The notes under the pieces: generated by a model
What the model saw: only the letters and a program-made list of their open reading frames with translations
Told to the model about the DNA's origin: nothing
Database searches by the model: none
Shown: positions 60,481 through 64,000 of the stretch, piece by piece
Numbering within the stretch: position 1 is the first letter of the stretch
How the letters are laid out: the number at the start of each line of letters is the position of its first letter
Assembly: GCF_009914755.1 (NCBI RefSeq)
Contig: NC_060929.1
Origin: the human T2T-CHM13v2.0 reference genome, Homo sapiens
Reading direction: 5' to 3' (one strand)
Length of the DNA stretch: 64,000 nucleotides
Position numbers and translations under genes: made by a program

Positions 60481-62313
60481 AAAATTACTATCTTTATTTA
60501 AATCTCATTTCACATATTCAGTGAAATCTATCTCTAAATTATCCTCCAGTTTCTACTTTTCTTTGATATATAGCCATTGCCATCCTACTATCATCTCCTT
60601 TTCTACAATTTTATTTCATAATGATCAATGAAATAAATTGCTACTTATGAGTCCAGGTGTGACCCAGCAGCAACCATTACATAGGGCAGGTGATAATTTT
60701 CCAAACTCTCTGGTTTTCTTTCATAGTTCAGTCTTTAATTCAGCATTTAGTGAAGTGTGGGATTGTATATAGAAAATGGCAATAAGAAAGTACAGATTTT
60801 TCACAAATATATTTATATATATGTTGGACTATACAAATTCCAGGAGTGAAATATCAAGGTGAAAATGCTATTAAGATGGCAAGTCACCATAACTTTAAAC
60901 CTCAGTAAATAGCTGTTTTATTACCAAAGTGTTCAAAAATGTAAGGTAAAAATATTTTTAGGATAAAGAAGTGACAACCTTTATCATAACCAGCTTTCCC
61001 TAAAACTAAGAAAATTTTTAATTAAAACATTAAATTATAAAGCATAACAGAAAATAATATTTTAACTGTCTTAAAAGGAAAAGTAAAAAGTAATGATGAT
61101 GTAATGACACATTTTCTTCCCAACAAATAAAAGATGAAGTGAACAAAATAAAACCAATGATTTTTTTAAAAATAGAAAGAAAATCTTATGATTACCAGGA
61201 TACATTCCCCACTAAGAATTACCAGGATGCATTCGCCATTAAGAGTTTTAAAGGAACTCTTTATTTCAAAGGAAGAAAAAAAATTCAGCCAGCAAAATTA
61301 TATTTAACTTAACAATGGAGCTTCCATCATGGCCTGGAAATCAGGAAATATTTTGATCAGAGAGAAAGAAATGTACGAAGAGATAGTTTTGAAATATTAT
61401 GACTTTAAAATGTCTTCTACTAATAACATTTCCTGGTCTAGAAAAGAAAGAAACTGATATTTCAGACACAGAACACTTTTTAAATACACTGCCTGAAATC
61501 CATTTCAAATATTTATTTGAAATTACTGTAGTCATAATTAACACGTGGTGCAAAATGTTTTAATACATTTCCCATTCATTAACACAAGGATTGTCTACTT
61601 TATTTAAGTTATTGCTCTTTGGTAAAAGCAAACAGACTAAGTTTTTGAGGATAATGAAGAAAAAAAAAGCCAAGTGATTTAAAAATCCTGAAGAAAATAA
61701 ATGCCAATGTAATAAAGAAATGACTAAAGCTATAAAAATAATGTTTAAGAGATTATGGGAAAATAGTTTGTGTAATGATATGCCATTAAAAAAACTCATG
61801 GAAATATTAAGCTTACAGAAATATGGAGGAAACTTAATTCTGAATCTTCTCTGATTCTTCTGGAAATCACACGTGATATGAGAATGAAAATTAAAACCTG
61901 AATTCTCAAAGAAACTAGGAGACAGTAAACTTAACTCCAAATGATGTATAAGAACTACCAAAGCCAGACAAATGGCAAATTCATAAATTTCATTGACCTC
62001 CATCAAAGTGCTGAGGATTTAAAGCAATCAACTTGTTCAAAATATAAGAGACAGGAATCTACTGGGATTAATGATTACTGGTTTGTTGGGTCAAGAAACA
62101 ACCAGATTGGTAAGAAAAGTTCAGCTGGGTGATTGGTGAATTGGTGGAAATTGAGTGTACAAGGGTAAAGGTTAATAAATCCCTTGGAAAAGCAAATAGA
62201 GATGGACTTCATGCCCTCCAACAGGCTTTTTCTCCACCAACCCCACTGGATGTTCATAGGAAATTTGGCAGAATAACAGGAAAGTCTCTCACATGGTACA
62301 GAATGGAAGTAGA

Positions 62314-64000
62314 GGAACAGAAATGATAAGAAGTATTTTCTCTGATAATAGTGAAATAAACTGGAAATCCACCATAGAAAAATATGTGAGAAATTCCTAA
62401 ATATTTGAAAATCAAGTAACACACTTCTAAATAACCCATTCGTTTAAAAAGAAATGAAAGCACATTTTGAAATGCATAAGGAGGATTATAAAGTACACCA
62501 AATGTGTGGGATACAACAAAAATAGGGCTTAATGGGAAATTTTTAGGATTAAATGCTGATGGTAGCAAAAACAAAAGCTTCCCAAATCAATACTCTAAAT
62601 TTCAATCTTAATAACTTAGGAAAAAAAGCAAAGTGAATGCAGAAATCAATGAAGTTGAAAACAGTAAAAACAATAAAGAAAATCAAAACTAATGAAACTA
62701 AAAACTTATTTGTCAAGGTTAACTGATAAACTTCTATCTAAATGGATGAAGAATAAAAGACATAAGACACAATTAATCAATATGAGCAATGAAAGAGCAG
62801 GTATCACTACAGCTTTCACAGATGTTAATAGGAAAATAAGGGGGCATTATGAACAACACTATGACCATAAATTTAACTTACATAAAATAGCCCAAATTGT
62901 TGAAAGTCACAAAAAATAGAGCTCATTTAAGAAAAAATATGTAATCTGAATACCCTCATGTCCCTTAAAGAAACTCACTTATAGTTAAACACCTTGTACA
63001 GAGAAAACTCTGCACCCAGAAGTTTTCACTGGCATATTATCAAAAACTGTTAATAAAATCATGCAAACTCTGTTCATCCTTCTCCAGAATATACAAAAGA
63101 GGAAGCACCATAAAACCCATCTTATTAGGTCAGAAGTACCCTAATACCAAAAAGAGACAAAGATATTGTAAGAAAACCACAGACCAATATGATGTGTGAA
63201 CTTAAACAGCAAAATTCTCAAAAATATTAGCAGTTAAAATCAAGCAATATATAGAACAACTGATATATCATGTAAAAGTGGGGTTTGTGTCAGAAGTACG
63301 AGGTTCATTCAACATTCAACACTCAGTCAATACAATTTACTGTATCAATGGACAAAATAAGAAATTTCATATGATCATCATAATAGAGGCAGAAAAAGCC
63401 TTTATCAAAGTTTAACATTACTGCTGATAAAACTTCAGCAAACTAAGACTAGAAAGAACTTCCTTTATTGGATAAATGCATCTACAAAAAGCTATTGCTA
63501 GCATTAAAGTTTTAAAACGTTTTTGCTTGAAAATAATAATTCTATATATTTGGAGGTAAATGTGATGTTTTCATACATGTAAACATTGTGGAATGATATT
63601 GAAAGAGTAAATGTTTTCCTTCTAACATCAGGAATAAGGCAAGGATGTCAGTTCTTAACACACCTACTTACTGTTGTACTGGATGCCATCGTCACTGAAA
63701 TAAGGAAAGAAAAAAGAAACAGAAGAAGTAAGAGGCATAAAGATTAGAAGAATAAAAATGAAACTGACTCTATTAGAAAAAAACATTATTATATATGTAC
63801 ATAATCCAAAAGAATCTAGAAGACTCTATTGGAATTAATAACCGAGTTTAACAGGGTCACATATCAATATTTAAAAAGTCAATTGCTTTCCTATATACCA
63901 GCAATGGACACTTGGAAAAATCACATACATATTATTTACCATGGCATCCAACAAAATAAAGTAATTAGGTATAAATGCAACAAAATATGTACAGGAACTT
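62314..64000 (+). mobile_element. L1M ORF2 (EN end to RT), running off the window; contains a short minus-strand L1MA-like 3' fragment at ~63510-63597
   Basis: CACACTTCTAAATAACCCA, AGAAATCAATGAAGTTGAAAAC and AGGCAAGGATG motifs. Confidence 0.8.

Noticed and set aside
60640-61850. Short resemblances to viral proteins (SVFNS, LLPK, LPGY, LMEILSL)
   Set aside because: Four- to seven-residue matches to unrelated virus families in inconsistent order; not evidence for any specific assignment.
61560-62006. 148-aa hydrophobic minus-strand ORF
   Set aside because: The F/L/I-rich composition is what the T-rich antisense of A-rich DNA gives; no motif recognised.

Overview
Primate (human-like) AT-rich genomic DNA with no recognisable host protein-coding gene, RNA gene, CpG island or CRISPR/prokaryotic feature. 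By eye, roughly half or more of the window is LINE-1 of many ages: ancient L1M remnants, an L1PA15/16-like element, a full-length but dead L1PA7-like element (33107-39579), a 5'-inverted (twin-primed) L1PA4-like element (14006-18379), and 5'-truncated L1PA3-like and L1PA8-like copies. The rest includes six AluS-type elements, a FLAM, MaLR/ERV1/ERVL LTRs, an ERVL integrase fragment and hAT MITEs; many insertions retain clear target-site duplications (TSDs). Almost all ORFs in the track are L1 or Alu read-throughs. Subfamily names come from recalled diagnostic motifs, not a RepeatMasker run. I found no new biological system that I can support. The best leads are (i) an unexplained ~1.8-kb segment resembling decayed coding sequence joined 5' of an old L1 (60480-62313; retrocopy or endogenous viral element candidate), (ii) an apparent ancient local duplication of an L1M segment around it, and (iii) templated-insertion repair scars at 26976-27068 and 52730-52752.
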